A stretch of 64,000 bases of DNA from positions 8,246,001-8,310,000 of the forward strand of contig NC_043023.1 of the NCBI RefSeq assembly GCF_006345805.1. The letters are read 5' to 3'. The stretch comes from Octopus sinensis. Its lineage: Eukaryota. The notes under the pieces are model-generated. The model worked only from the letters and a program-made list of their open reading frames with translations, had not been told where the DNA came from and ran no database searches. This document shows, piece after piece, positions 25,601 to 37,098 of the stretch (positions within the stretch are counted from its first letter, which is position 1; every line of letters begins with the position of its first letter). Position numbers and translations under genes: made by a program.

Positions 25601-25716
25601 TGCCCTCAATTCACTTTCCCTGTCAACACTACAGCATGCGACCAGAGGTAGGACTTGATTATTTGTCCATCTTGGATGCGTAAACCCTTCTCTCCCATCT
25701 GTTTTCTCATCTTCAG
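22663..25716 (-). mobile_element. CR1-clade LINE with nearly complete ORF2 (APE endonuclease plus RT), 5'-truncated
   Basis: APE: YTNSCSL, IAITETWL, RGGGVVVYVK, VYRPP, GDFNAP. RT: NYRPVSLT, QHGFVPKRSCLTNLL, FAKAFDSI, GVPQGSVHGP, LFADDVKL, KDLG. It has a (CTAA)-like 3' tail and (TATG)n on both sides. Confidence 0.95.
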
Positions 25717-26275
25717 TATGTATGTATGTATGTATGTATGTATGTATGTATGTATGTATGTATGTATGTATGTATGTATGTATGTATATTCTTTTATTCT
25801 TTTATTCTTTTATTTGTTTCAGTCCTTTAATTGCGGCCATGCTGAAGCTTCACCTTTATTCGAACAAATCGACCCAGCACTTATTCTTTTGCCGAACCGC
25901 TAAGTTATGGAGACGTAAACATGCCAACATAGGTGTCAGTTCTCACAGGTTGTATGGTGTACACACATACACATACCACATCCACACACATACACACACA
26001 CATATATATGTGTGTATGTGTGTGTGTGTATACATATACACACATACACATACATGCCTCTTAACCTTCTGGATGCCCTTCCTAATGTCAACCACTTTAC
26101 AGTGTACTGGGTGCTTTTTACGTAGCACCAGCACCAGTGATTTTTACCTGGTACCAACACCAATGGTTTTTTTATGAGGTACCAAGGTTTTAGGATATTA
26201 ATTCTATGGTGGTGGACAGGTCATCTTGACTACAGCAATGTACCACATATTTCAGTCTTTTATTATCTCCTTCCG

Positions 26276-26512
26276 GAAGGCGGCGAGCTGGCAGAATCTT
26301 TAGCACGCTGGGCGAAATGCTTAGCGGTATATTCGTCTGCCGTTACGTTGTGAGTTCAAATTCCGCCGAGGTCGACGTTGCCTTTCATCCTTTCAGGGTC
26401 GATTAAATATGTACCAGTTATGCACTGCGGTTGATATAAACGACTTAATCCGTTTGTCTGTCCTTGTTTGTACTCTCTGTGTTTAGCCCCTTGTGGGCAG
26501 TAAAGAAATATA
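26276..26512 (+). mobile_element. tRNA-derived SINE (family B) with 15-bp TSD
   Basis: GGCGGCGAGCTGGCAGAA...GAGTTCAAATTCC boxes. TSD TATTATCTCCTTCCG at 26261-26275 and 26513-26527. Confidence 0.9.
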
Positions 26513-26694
26513 TATTATCTCCTTCCGAAACCTCAGCGTTGTGAGATCAACCTTCAGTACCTCATCCCAACCGGGGTTGATTTGTTTGACAATGGCCACA
26601 GTGGTGCTGGGGCAAGTAAGAGATAGAAGATAACATGAAATGTGTAAATAAAAATTAGCAATAAGCAGGAATCTGCGTAGAGGGTGATCTTTCT

Positions 26695-26932
26695 TATTTC
26701 TTTATTGCCTACAAGGGGCTAAACACAGAGGGGACAAACAAGGACAGGCAAAGGGGTTAAGTCGATTATATCGACCCCAGTGCATAACTGGTACTTAATT
26801 TTTATCAACCCTAAAAGGATGAAAGGCAAGGTCAACCTCGGCAGAATTTGAACTCAGAACGTAACGGCAGATGAAATACCGCTAAGCATTTCGCCCGGCG
26901 TGCTACCGATTCTGCCAGCTCACCGCCTTCTG
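26695..26932 (-). mobile_element. SINE family B with 15-bp TSD
   Basis: Reverse copy of 26276-26512. TSD GAGGGTGATCTTTCT at 26680-26694 and 26933-26947. Further partial copies near 27395-27575, 48268-48400 and 50325-50535. Confidence 0.9.
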
Positions 26933-28260
26933 GAGGGTGATCTTTCTGCTAAGATATGAAACACATCGTTCTATGCATGAGGAACAGCAAGAATCAAACT
27001 GACTACTTGTTTATATGGCTTGTGAGTGGATTTGGAAGATGGAAACTGTGTCGAAGCCCCTGGTTTAAATATACATGTCTATGTGTTTGTCCCTACCATC
27101 ACTTGACAACTGATACTGGTTGGTTTTTACAAGGTCATTTGAAATAAAGGCAGTGTACTTCAACAGAGGTCATCGTCATCATTATCAGCATCATCATCAT
27201 CATCACCATCATTATCATCATCATCATTATCATCACTAAAAGTTCGTTTTCCATGCTGGCATGGATTGGACGGTTTGACAGAATCTGGTCATCCGGGCAA
27301 CTGTCCCGACTCCAATTGCCTGTTGTCACATGGTTTCTACAACAGGATGCCTTTCCTGGCACCAACCTCCCTACTATAGGTACAAGGCCTGAAATTGGGG
27401 GGAGGAGGATAGTCAATTACATCGACCCCAGTGCATAACTGGTACTTATTTCATCGACCCCAAAAGGATGAAAGGCAAAGTCGACCACGGCGGAATTTGA
27501 ACTCAGAACATAGAGGCAGACGAAATACTGCTAAGCATTTCATCCGGCATGCTACCAATTCTGCCAGCTCGCCGCCTTTTCCTAGCACCAACCACTCTAC
27601 AGAATATGCTGTGTGCTTTTTACGTGCCACCGGCACCCGTAAAGGACAAGTTTATGGTAACAAAAGGGTTAAAGTGATCAAAATTAAAACCTTCCATTCA
27701 AAATTTTATGTTAATTTATGTTTAATATATGTTAATTTATGTTCCAAACACCAGATTGATAATGGCAAAGTTATTTTACGAAATTTTTCACCATTTTCAA
27801 AAATGATTGAAAAAAATCTCACAATATTTCAGTGGAAGTCATCATCAATCGTATCATCATCATCATCATCATCACCAATCATCACCATCAATCATCACCA
27901 TCAATCATCATTATCTTCAATCATCATCAAACGCATATTATCGTTTTCATCATCAACAACAACATTCTAACGTCCACTTTTCCATGCTTGTATTGGACAA
28001 GCAAGAGTAAGATGGAGCAGAGTTTTGGAAAAGGTGATGCCAAACCAACGATGATGATAATGACGATGTTACATAAGATATGGAGATAGTTTATGCAAAA
28101 ACCAACTATTCTACCCGGATCAGTGAAAGTCAGTAATAAGGTTGGCCAATATCATTCCTGGCCTTTCTTAATGATAATGATGACTACAAATACAGATATG
28201 AAAATTTAGACATAGGCATAGGTTGGTAAGCTGTCTTCTGATCCATTAGTTTCAGCATCT

Positions 28261-28732
28261 TTTGTTGTCGTTGTTTCAGCATCTTTTGTTGTCGTTGTTT
28301 CTGTTTTTTCACCTGCAAAAGATGAACAGTAAAACATATACTTTTTAAGCAATAATAAATCTCAGAGCGAGTTATAAACAGTAGCTACAACACATTGTGA
28401 CGTATATTTGCCATTTAAATATGGCTAACCCCTAAAAGTGGATGCTACTGTAGTTTGTAGCCCCAGGAGGACACCTTCTCCAGCTGTAGCCAGTGTGTCT
28501 ATAGCCAGCTGGAGGAGGTGTCCTCCTGGGGCTACAAACTACAGTAGCATCCACCCTTAGGGGTTAGCCATATTTAAATGGCAAATATACGTCACGATGT
28601 GTTGTAGCTACTGTTTATAACTCGCTCTGAGATTTATTATGCTTAAAAAGTATATGTTTTACTGTTCATCTTTTGCAGGTGAAAACAAAAAACAACGACA
28701 ACAAAAGATGCTGCTGAAACAACGACAACAAA
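28261..28732. repeat. Foldback inverted repeat (arms of about 226 bp, 19-nt spacer) of a probable PLE pLTR family
   Basis: 28261-28486 is the reverse complement of 28506-28732. The same CCAGCTGGAGGAGGTGTCCTCCTGGGGCTAC motif occurs near 34980, 35335 and 40965. Confidence 0.85.
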
Positions 28733-28859
28733 CGACCCCATATAAACGAACCTTTTGTTTACTAATATTGTGCAGAGTAAGATACACCCTTGTCACCCAT
28801 AAAGTTAATCAAGTTGTACAGAAATTTCTATGCCACTGAAACCAGAAAACTGGCCCTTA

Positions 28860-29440
<581 letters not shown>

Positions 29441-29469
29441 AAAAGTATTGCCCAACATTTACTGAATCT

Positions 29470-29835
29470 TGAGTCTGTGTGCCCCAGATTCCTGAATTCT
29501 GTTCTCATCACCTTCTTCTAAGTAAAATGCATTTGATCTCATCTATTTTCTGTACATCTCTTGTGTTTATTGCACATGTACATCTACCACACACAAAGAC
29601 TATTTTCCATGTTGACATTCCTCTAACATTGCAGCACCTCTTATGTGTACATAGCTTGCATGAGGTACACCTGATGTAGTTTCTACTTATGCCTCTTCCA
29701 CATGTCAAGCATGGCCATTTCCCTGAAAGGATTTGTTTGCTTTCAAACTTATTAAGACTATAGTCTTTGTTCCATGAAATATAAGTTCCACAAATAGCAG
29801 TTCTTGCTTCCATACCTGAAATTTCTTTTCTCATG
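29470..29835 (-). mobile_element. RTE fragment of the PHD-bearing family
   Basis: GKWPCLTCGRGISRNYIRCTSCKLCTHKRCCNVRGMSTWKIVFVCGRCT, homologous to 10001-10132. Confidence 0.8.
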
Positions 29836-30282
29836 CCATTGTTTATTCAGCTAAAACAAGAAGGCAATCAACATAGTGGGGCTCTCAGGGGCATCCCAAC
29901 ATTAGGTTAATGTCCAGTCATAGAGTGACCAGTGGTCCCACAGCCACAAAAGTAAATGTAAGAACATGCTTGAACAAACACTGGTTACGTGAAAGGAGAG
30001 GAGAGAGATAAGGGGTGGAGGGATAAAAGAATTAGGGGAAGAAAGAGGAAATCAAAAGAACATAGATAAGGTATAAGGATATAAACGAGGAGGGAGGGAA
30101 AATAGGAAGATTTAAGAAAGAAAAGGCCTGAAAATAGTAAATTTCTTTGATGAGACCCTGGACCTTGAACCAGGTACCTATATTAAGCTCCGTGTAAGGA
30201 GCTTGATATAACTTTGAAAACAGTTTTAAATAACATTTCAAGTAAATGCAACTACAAAAGTGGAAAGAATGTCATCAAATCA

Positions 30283-30443
30283 GGTGTAGGAGTGGCTGTC
30301 TGGTAAGTAGTTTGTTCACCAACCACATGGTTCCGGGTTCAGTCCCACTGCGTGGCACCTTGGGTAAGTGTCTTCTACTATAGCCCCGGGCCGACCAAAG
30401 CCTTGTGAGGGATTTGGTAGACGGAAACTGAAAAAAGCCCGTC

Positions 30444-30483
<40 letters not shown>

Positions 30484-30760
30484 ATATATATAATATATAT
30501 ATATATATATGTATATATAATATATATGTGTGTGTGTGTGTGTGTTTGTGTGTCTGTGTTTGTCCCCCTAGCATTACTTGACAACCGATGCTGGTGTGTT
30601 TATGTCTCCGTCACTTAACTGTTTGGCAAAAGAGACCGATAGAATAAGTACTAGGCTTACAAAGAATAAATCCTGGGGTTGATTTGCTTGACTAAAGGTG
30701 GTGCTCCAGCATGGCCACAGTCAAATGACTGCAACAAGTAAAAGAGTAAAGAGTAAGAGT
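30283..30760 (+). mobile_element. tRNA-related SINE (family A) with internal microsatellite
   Basis: Head GGTGTAGGAGTGGCTG...GGTTCAGTCCC...CCTTGGG, then (TA)n/(TG)n, then tail ...GGTGCTCCAGCATGGCC.CAGTCAAATGACTG. Other copies at 30965-31390 (-), 33405-34595 (+, split), 35585-35970 (-), 51067-51890 (+) and 55715-56130 (-). Confidence 0.85.
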
Positions 30761-31527
30761 AAACCTGTGTGACTTTCACTATTTTCAATACATGTCACAT
30801 ATCTGCGGAACATGTCTGCAGATATTCCCACCCTGTACTTGATTTAGTTGACTATCATTGCTACCCAGATGGGATTTGTTTAGTTGAACCTTTACCTATT
30901 TCTTCTGAAAACCAGTGTTTTGAATGCGCCCGGATTATTTTAATCGTGAGGTCACAGGAGTTAAAGAACTCTTTTACTCTTTTACTCTTTTACTTATTTC
31001 AGTCCTTTGACTGCGGCCATGCTGGAGCACCGCCATTAGTCGAGCAAATCGACCCCGGGACTTATTCTTTGTAAGCCCAGTACTTATTCTATCGGTCTCT
31101 TTTGCCGAACCGCTAAGTGACGGGGACGTAAACACACCAGCATCGGTTGTCAAGCAATGCTAGGGGGACAAACACAGACACACGAACACACATACACACA
31201 CACACACATATATATATATACACATATATACGACAGGCTTCTTTCAGTTTCCGTCTACCAAATCCACTCACAAGGCTTTGGTCGACCCGGGGCTATAGCA
31301 GAAGACACTTGCCCAAGATGCCACACAGTGGGACTGAACCCGGAACCATGTGGTTGGTTAGCAAGCTACTTACCACACAGCCACTCCTGCGCAGAACTTC
31401 AAGGTATGTATATTCGTTACGGAATTTTGCAATCACAGTTCTTCGCCTGTTTACTTTAAAACTGTTAAAGTTCTAAATGCTTTTCCCGGTGCAACTGGCT
31501 TAAATATATATTTTGTATTTCAGAAAT

Positions 31528-32385
31528 ATGGCAAGCTGTGAGAGAAGAAAATGCAAAAACAGCCCCTATGCCTCCCTTATATTTGTGGATGTTACTCTTT
31601 ACCTAGGTCCCAAACAAACTCACAGATATTGTGAAGAAAGCTTACCTTATTACTTGGCATGAAACTGGGTGATCAAGACAAAACTAGGCGCTCCATATTG
31701 TGTATAAAATGTGTTGAAAAACTGAGGAAGAAGTTATTCATTCAAATACTCAAACAGAAAATCTCCCACTTTGTCTAGAGCAGTGGTTTTCAACCAGGGT
31801 TCCGCGGAACTTAGTGTTCCGCCAGTACAGTCCAGGGGTTCCGCAAGAAGTTACAAAACTGCTAAAATCGGCAGTAATTTTTAATTCTCCTGTGCAGAAG
31901 ACTATTAAATTATTGCACAGGGGTTCCCCGAGCCAGTGGAATGTTTCCTTGGGGTTCCTCTCCAGCAAAAAGATTGAAAAGCACTGGTCTAGAGAGAAAA
32001 TTAAGTCTGGTGTATTTCATGGGCCATAGATTGGGTGGACGTTTTGGAGATCAGATCTGGCACTGGTAAAGAAGCATGAAATACTTTTGCTGAAGCTGTC
32101 GGAATTCATTGGAAGCAAAAAGTCATCAAATTATGAAGAACTTGTGTAGAAGCTGTTAACCTGTTTTCAACATGAGTTTTCAAGTTGATTCCCTGCACAG
32201 TCATCTTGACTACTCTCTTGGAAATCATAGAGCAATAAGTGAACAAGTTGAAAGGCTCGATGAAGAGATGGAGACCATGGAGACTAGATCTCAAACATGA
32301 TCGCTGACGACTACCTCTGGTCTGTGCAAAGAGATTATCGTGACGCATGTTATTTATGCAAAGCAGCAAAGAGAAAATTCACTCC
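31528..32385 (+). mobile_element. Chapaev3-like (CMC) transposase remnant, internally deleted
   Basis: Frameshifted MASCERRKCKNSP..YICG...GMKLGDQDK; after the hAT insertion KIKSGVFHGP..NYEELV..NMSFQVDSLHSHLDYSLGNHRAISEQVERL. These resemble Chapaev3 motifs as I recall them. Confidence 0.65.
31781..31986. mobile_element. hAT (Charlie-type) MITE
   Basis: TIRs CAGTGGTTTTCAA / TTGAAAAGCACTG. 8-bp TSD GTCTAGAG at 31773-31780 and 31987-31994. Confidence 0.92.
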
Positions 32386-32389
32386 TTAA

Positions 32390-32608
32390 CCCTTTCATTA
32401 CTGTATTTATTTTGAGATGCTCCACGTTTCATTCAATTATTTTAAATATAACAAAGAATTTAGAAAATAATTTAGTTATCATTAAGCTAGTGTTAAGAAC
32501 ATAAATTGCGACTAAGGTTTGGTGGAAGATTTTAATGCAAAACTTATGAAAACAAGACATTTGTACTACAGAGCCAGAGCTGGTTTGGCCGGGTTGGTAA
32601 TGAAAGGG
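32390..32608. mobile_element. piggyBac-type MITE
   Basis: TIRs CCCTTTCATTAC / GTAATGAAAGGG, flanked by TTAA on both sides. Confidence 0.85.
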
Positions 32609-33585
32609 TTAAATAGCCCAAACTCTACTTCCACAGACATAGCTATTCTAAAGTATGTAATTAAGCATTATGTGTAATATATTTTTCTGAAAAAAGAGAC
32701 ACTATTTATTTTGTATTAGTTTCTTATTTCAATACCAATTTAAAAGCAAAATTGAAATTTTCTGCTAGAAGATTAATTTCTGTTTAACAAAAAACTTGAC
32801 ATGACAGAAAATTTCTGAGGGCATTTCTGAACGCAACACCATTTAATTAAGGTGGGACTAATTGTGAAAACCATGACAAATTAAATGTTCTCCAGTGTTA
32901 TGAGTAAAGATACAAGAGTGCTTATTCAGAGAGTAAGCTGTAGAAGAAGCATCTGAGGTGAAAGATGAAAACTAACTATAGTTTTAAAAAATCAGTATAC
33001 CAAATTTTAATGTAAACCAAATGAAAATTATGTTCAAAATTGTCCTCCTGTGTGATCTAACATTTGCACACAGACTTAAGAACTCCAGGTTCTTTGGTCT
33101 GTTGTAACACCACTGAGATCTGTCCCTTTTCAGCTTTGCTAACCCTTTTGTTACCCTATTTCTGTTGAAATATACTACCTTTATATCAATATATTTTGAA
33201 AATAAAGAATTTAATAAAATACCTTTGTCGTTTTTAAGCTGATGTTTGGAACATGAATTAACATAAAACAAGGTTTTAATTTAGATATCTTTAAACATAT
33301 TTGATCGGTGGAAATGATTTTTCCGCAGCAAAAATATTGGGCAATAAAGAAATAAATATTTTCATTTTCATTTTATATTTTCAACATTATAGGCACATGA
33401 GGGGCTGTGTGGTTAGTATAGGTGCAGGAGTGACTGTATAGTAAGTAGCTTGCTTATCAACCACATGGTTCCGGGTTCAGTCCCACTACGTGGCACCTTG
33501 GGCAAGTGTCTTCTACTATAGCCTCGGGCTAACCAAAGCTTTGTGAGTGGATTTGGTAGACGGAAACTGAAAGAAGCCCGTCGTA

Positions 33586-33640
<55 letters not shown>

Positions 33641-33657
33641 TATAATATATATATATG

Positions 33658-34310
33658 ATAGTAATGTAATACGAGAGTATTGCTTTCCAGTAAAGGATAG
33701 CCCGTGAGGGTAAAATTATACATAAAAGTAAATAAATGGTACAACGAAGCACCGGTATTTACTGGAAAATAGCGAACGTAATAAAAACGACGCTAATGTG
33801 TAGCTTCACTGCGTATGTACTAGTAAAGATGCGTGTGTGCAACAAACATGAAAAATATTGTCTAACCTCTTATTATACTTTTATATATAATTTTACCCTC
33901 ACGGGCTATCCTTTACTGGAAAGCAATACTCTCGTATTGCATTACTATTTTCATTGAAACTTCTTCACTGTTCTCGTTCTGTTAACGTTTTGGCGTTCAG
34001 ACGAGTGTACTGGCATAGATGTGGCAACATTTGAAATATTGTCGAGGTTTATGCTGCTGATGAAGATAAATCAAATATACGTTTGGCAAGCGTATTTTGA
34101 AAAATCCGAAACCGGTACTGCATTATCCGTTATCTAGGTTTTTCATTTTTCAGATGTTCTTCCTAGAGGTAAGACAATTTTTTTCATGTTTGTTGCACAC
34201 ACGCATCTTTACTAGTACATACGCAGTGAAGCTATACATTAGCATCGTATTTATTAGGTTCGCTATTTTCCAGTAAATACCGGTGCTTCGTTGTACCATT
34301 TATTTACTTT

Positions 34311-34316
<6 letters not shown>
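33658..34316. mobile_element. PLE-derived insertion with interleaved inverted repeats, inside the TA tract of a family A SINE
   Basis: Arm A 33658-33720 pairs with 33886-33948. Arm B ~33718-33870 pairs with ~34163-34316. A hammerhead lies between them. Confidence 0.7.
34051..34123 (+). ncRNA. Type-I hammerhead with extended helix II (duplicate at 61269-61341)
   Basis: ATGCTG-CTGATGA-AGAT.AAA.TCAAA.T.ATACG-TTTGGCAAG-CGTAT.TTTGA.AAA.ATCC-GAAA-CCGG-TA-CTGCAT. The core is intact and helix III is the palindrome ACCGGT. Confidence 0.75.
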
Positions 34317-34354
<38 letters not shown>

Positions 34355-35221
34355 TATATATATATATATGCGCGTATGTTTGTGTGTCTGTGTTTGTCCC
34401 CCTAGCATTGCTTGACAACCGATGCTGGTGTGTTTATGTTCCCATCACTTAGCGGTTCGGCAAAAGAGACCGATAGAATAAGTACTGGGCTTACAAAGAA
34501 TAAGTCCCGGGGTTGAGTTGCTCGATTAAAGGCGGTGCTCAAGCATGGCCGCAGTCAAATGACTGAAACAAGTAAAAGAGAAAGAGAAAAGAGAGGGGTA
34601 GTGCTCATGTTGAACGTGAGAGATAAAGCCGAAAGACATTAACTCCGAAGTCAGACTATAGGAGTTAATGGCTGATCACTGCTGAAGTTGTACTCCACAT
34701 TCTTTACAAGTGGTATTGCTACATTCAAGCACCATGTTTCAACGTAACTCCATAAATACTGTACATGTGATTGTTCTTTGAGCTGCTGGTACTTGGACAC
34801 CAGAGATGAATCTATGGTATTAACTTGGAACTCACCTGAAATGGTAAATATAGAATTCTGTGTCTGTACATTTTATTAGAGATATCTGAATCAGAAAACT
34901 CACAAGATAATTACAGTTGAGAAATATTATCTAGAAAAGAATTCAACAATGCTTTCCCTACCAAATTTATTGAAGACTGTCTATAGCCAGCTGGAGGAGG
35001 TTTCCTCCTGGGGCTACAAATTACAGTAGCATCCACCCTTAGGGGTTAGCCATATTTAATGGCAAATATACGTCACGATGTGTTGCAGCTACTGTTTATA
35101 ACTCGCTCTAAGATTTATTATTGCTTGTTTAACACTTTTTCGATATCAGTGTCTGTACGATACTGGAAAAAGGATATGTATTTGTGAAGGGAACCTACTT
35201 TTCATCGACAACTGTGATTGT

Positions 35222-35266
35222 CACATGCCGATGACGAATCAATACTCAGAAACTCAAGTCCATGTG
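35222..35266 (+). ncRNA. Degenerate hammerhead (duplicate at 62440-62484)
   Basis: CACATG-CCGATGA-CGAATCAATACTCA-GAAA-C-TCAA-GTC-CATGTG. Helix I is a perfect 6 bp and the site is GUC, but U4 is changed to C and helix II is weak. Confidence 0.55.
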
Positions 35267-36754
35267 TATCATAAGTTGAAGACGGGAATTATGGCTTCCT
35301 TTTGCAAATACTGATAGGGCACAGAAGGTGTGTCTATAGCCAGCTGGAGGAGGTGTCCTCCTGGGGCTACAAACTACAGTAGCATCAACCCTTAGGGGTT
35401 AGCCATGTTTAAATGGCAAATATACGTCACTATATATTTTGTTCTATCTTATGTAATCTGTTTTTAATTATTTTAATTCAAATTTAAATTTGAAGTTTCC
35501 ATCTTAATTAGATGTAAGAACCCTTTGTAAAGTCATTTTACTAAATCACTCCAAATTCTTAATTACTTGCAAAATTATTTAACATACTCTCTCTCTTTTA
35601 CTTGTTTCAGTCATTTGACTGCGGCCATGCTGGAGCACCGCCTTTAGTCGCGCAAATCGACCCCGGGACTTATTCTTTGTAAGCCCAGTACTTATTCTAT
35701 CGGTCTCTTTTGCCGAACCGCTAAATGATGGGGATGTAAACACACCAGCATCGGTTGTCAAGCAATGCTAGGGGGACAAACATACACATACATATATATA
35801 CATATATACGACGGGTTTCTTTCAGTTTCCGTCTACCAAATCCACTCACAAGGCATTGGTCGGCCCGAGGCTATAGCAGAAGACTCTTGCCCAAGATGCC
35901 ACGCAATGGGACTGAACCCGGAACCATGTGGTTGGTAAGCAAGCTACTTACCACACAGCCACTCCTACATACAGAGGTATTTTTTAAAACTAGTAAATGT
36001 TACGAAATGGTTAAAATGTTTTTGTTTAAAATAGAAATGTGTGTGTGATCATGTATTAACTTTACTTACACATATATGTTGGGGACCGCTTTTCCTCTTA
36101 AATATAGATTTCTGTCTAAGATATTCAATATATCTCACTGTATCTACAGTAAATTTTTTAAATGTCAACATTTCAGAATATTATCATGGTTAGATTTACA
36201 TTTTATTACCTCATTAATCCTTTAATTAATAACTCATTAATTATCAAAAGTGTTCAGTAATATCTACAGAAATGGACTCGTCCATAAATCAATAACTAAC
36301 ATTTTCATATAAAAAACTATATTTGTAAACAATAAATGTTTACGTGTACATAATTAATTAATTTGATGTAATGGTTCCTTAATCAATTTTAATGGTTGAG
36401 TATTCCACAGACATCTATATCCTGATGCGATATGTGACGAATCTGTCCCTTTCGAGTGCAATCCATCTAATATGCTTCTCCACAATTTCACTTTAAATGT
36501 TTTGGGTTAATCCGAGGCTATGACAGACAACATTGGTCCAGTGACATTACTGGTGCACATCTTACTGATCCCAGAGTGACAATAGATTCTGGTAGGATTT
36601 GAACTTGCAACATAAAGAGACAAAACTAAAAATCGTATTGTAATCATTCTGTATTTACTACAAGGATCAAAGAAAGGGGTATTTTACGCGAAATGTAGTG
36701 TTTTACATGAACTGAATGAAGGGAAAGAATTCGAACCCATAATATTGAGGTAAT

Positions 36755-37060
36755 TTGTTTTTGTTTGTTCCTTCTCGAGCCATGCCTGGCTCAGAAGGGC
36801 CGGTTTCCCGGTTTCTTGGCGTATAGGTTCCCCACCTGGACGGGACGCCGGTCCGTCACAGGTGAGCTGCAAGATGCAGGAGGAAAGAGTGAGTGAAAGT
36901 TGTGGTGAAAGAGTCAGCAGAAGTTCGCCATTACCTTCTGCCGGAGCCGCGTGGAGCTTAGGTGTTTCGCTCATAAACACACACATCGCCCGGTCTGAGA
37001 TTCGAACCCGCGAACCCTCGACCGCGAGTCCGCTGCTCTAACACTGGCCATGTGCCTCCA
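36755..37060 (-). mobile_element. tRNA-derived SINE (family D) with 17-bp TSD
   Basis: Head GGAGGCACATGGCCAGTGTTAGAGCAG...GGTTCGAATCT. TSD CATAATATTGAGGTAAT at 36738-36754 and 37061-37077. Confidence 0.9.
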
Positions 37061-37098
37061 CATAATATTGAGGTAATGGGTGAGATGAAGTAAAAAAT

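Larger units (their letters stand above)
32163..36782 (+). repeat. First copy of a 4.6-kb near-identical duplication (second copy 59382-64000)
   Basis: Colinear identity at an offset of 27218-27219, differing only by rare 1-bp indels in the parts compared. Confidence 0.95.

Noticed and set aside
28430-28570. Twister or HDV-like ribozyme in the CCAGCTGGAGG repeat
   Set aside because: I could not fit the twister pseudoknot segments or an HDV nested double pseudoknot by eye.
36990-37060. tRNA genes (also at ~19540-19607, ~26280-26370 and the family A heads)
   Set aside because: A/B boxes are present, but they continue into SINE bodies, several with TSDs, and I could not form a complete cloverleaf.
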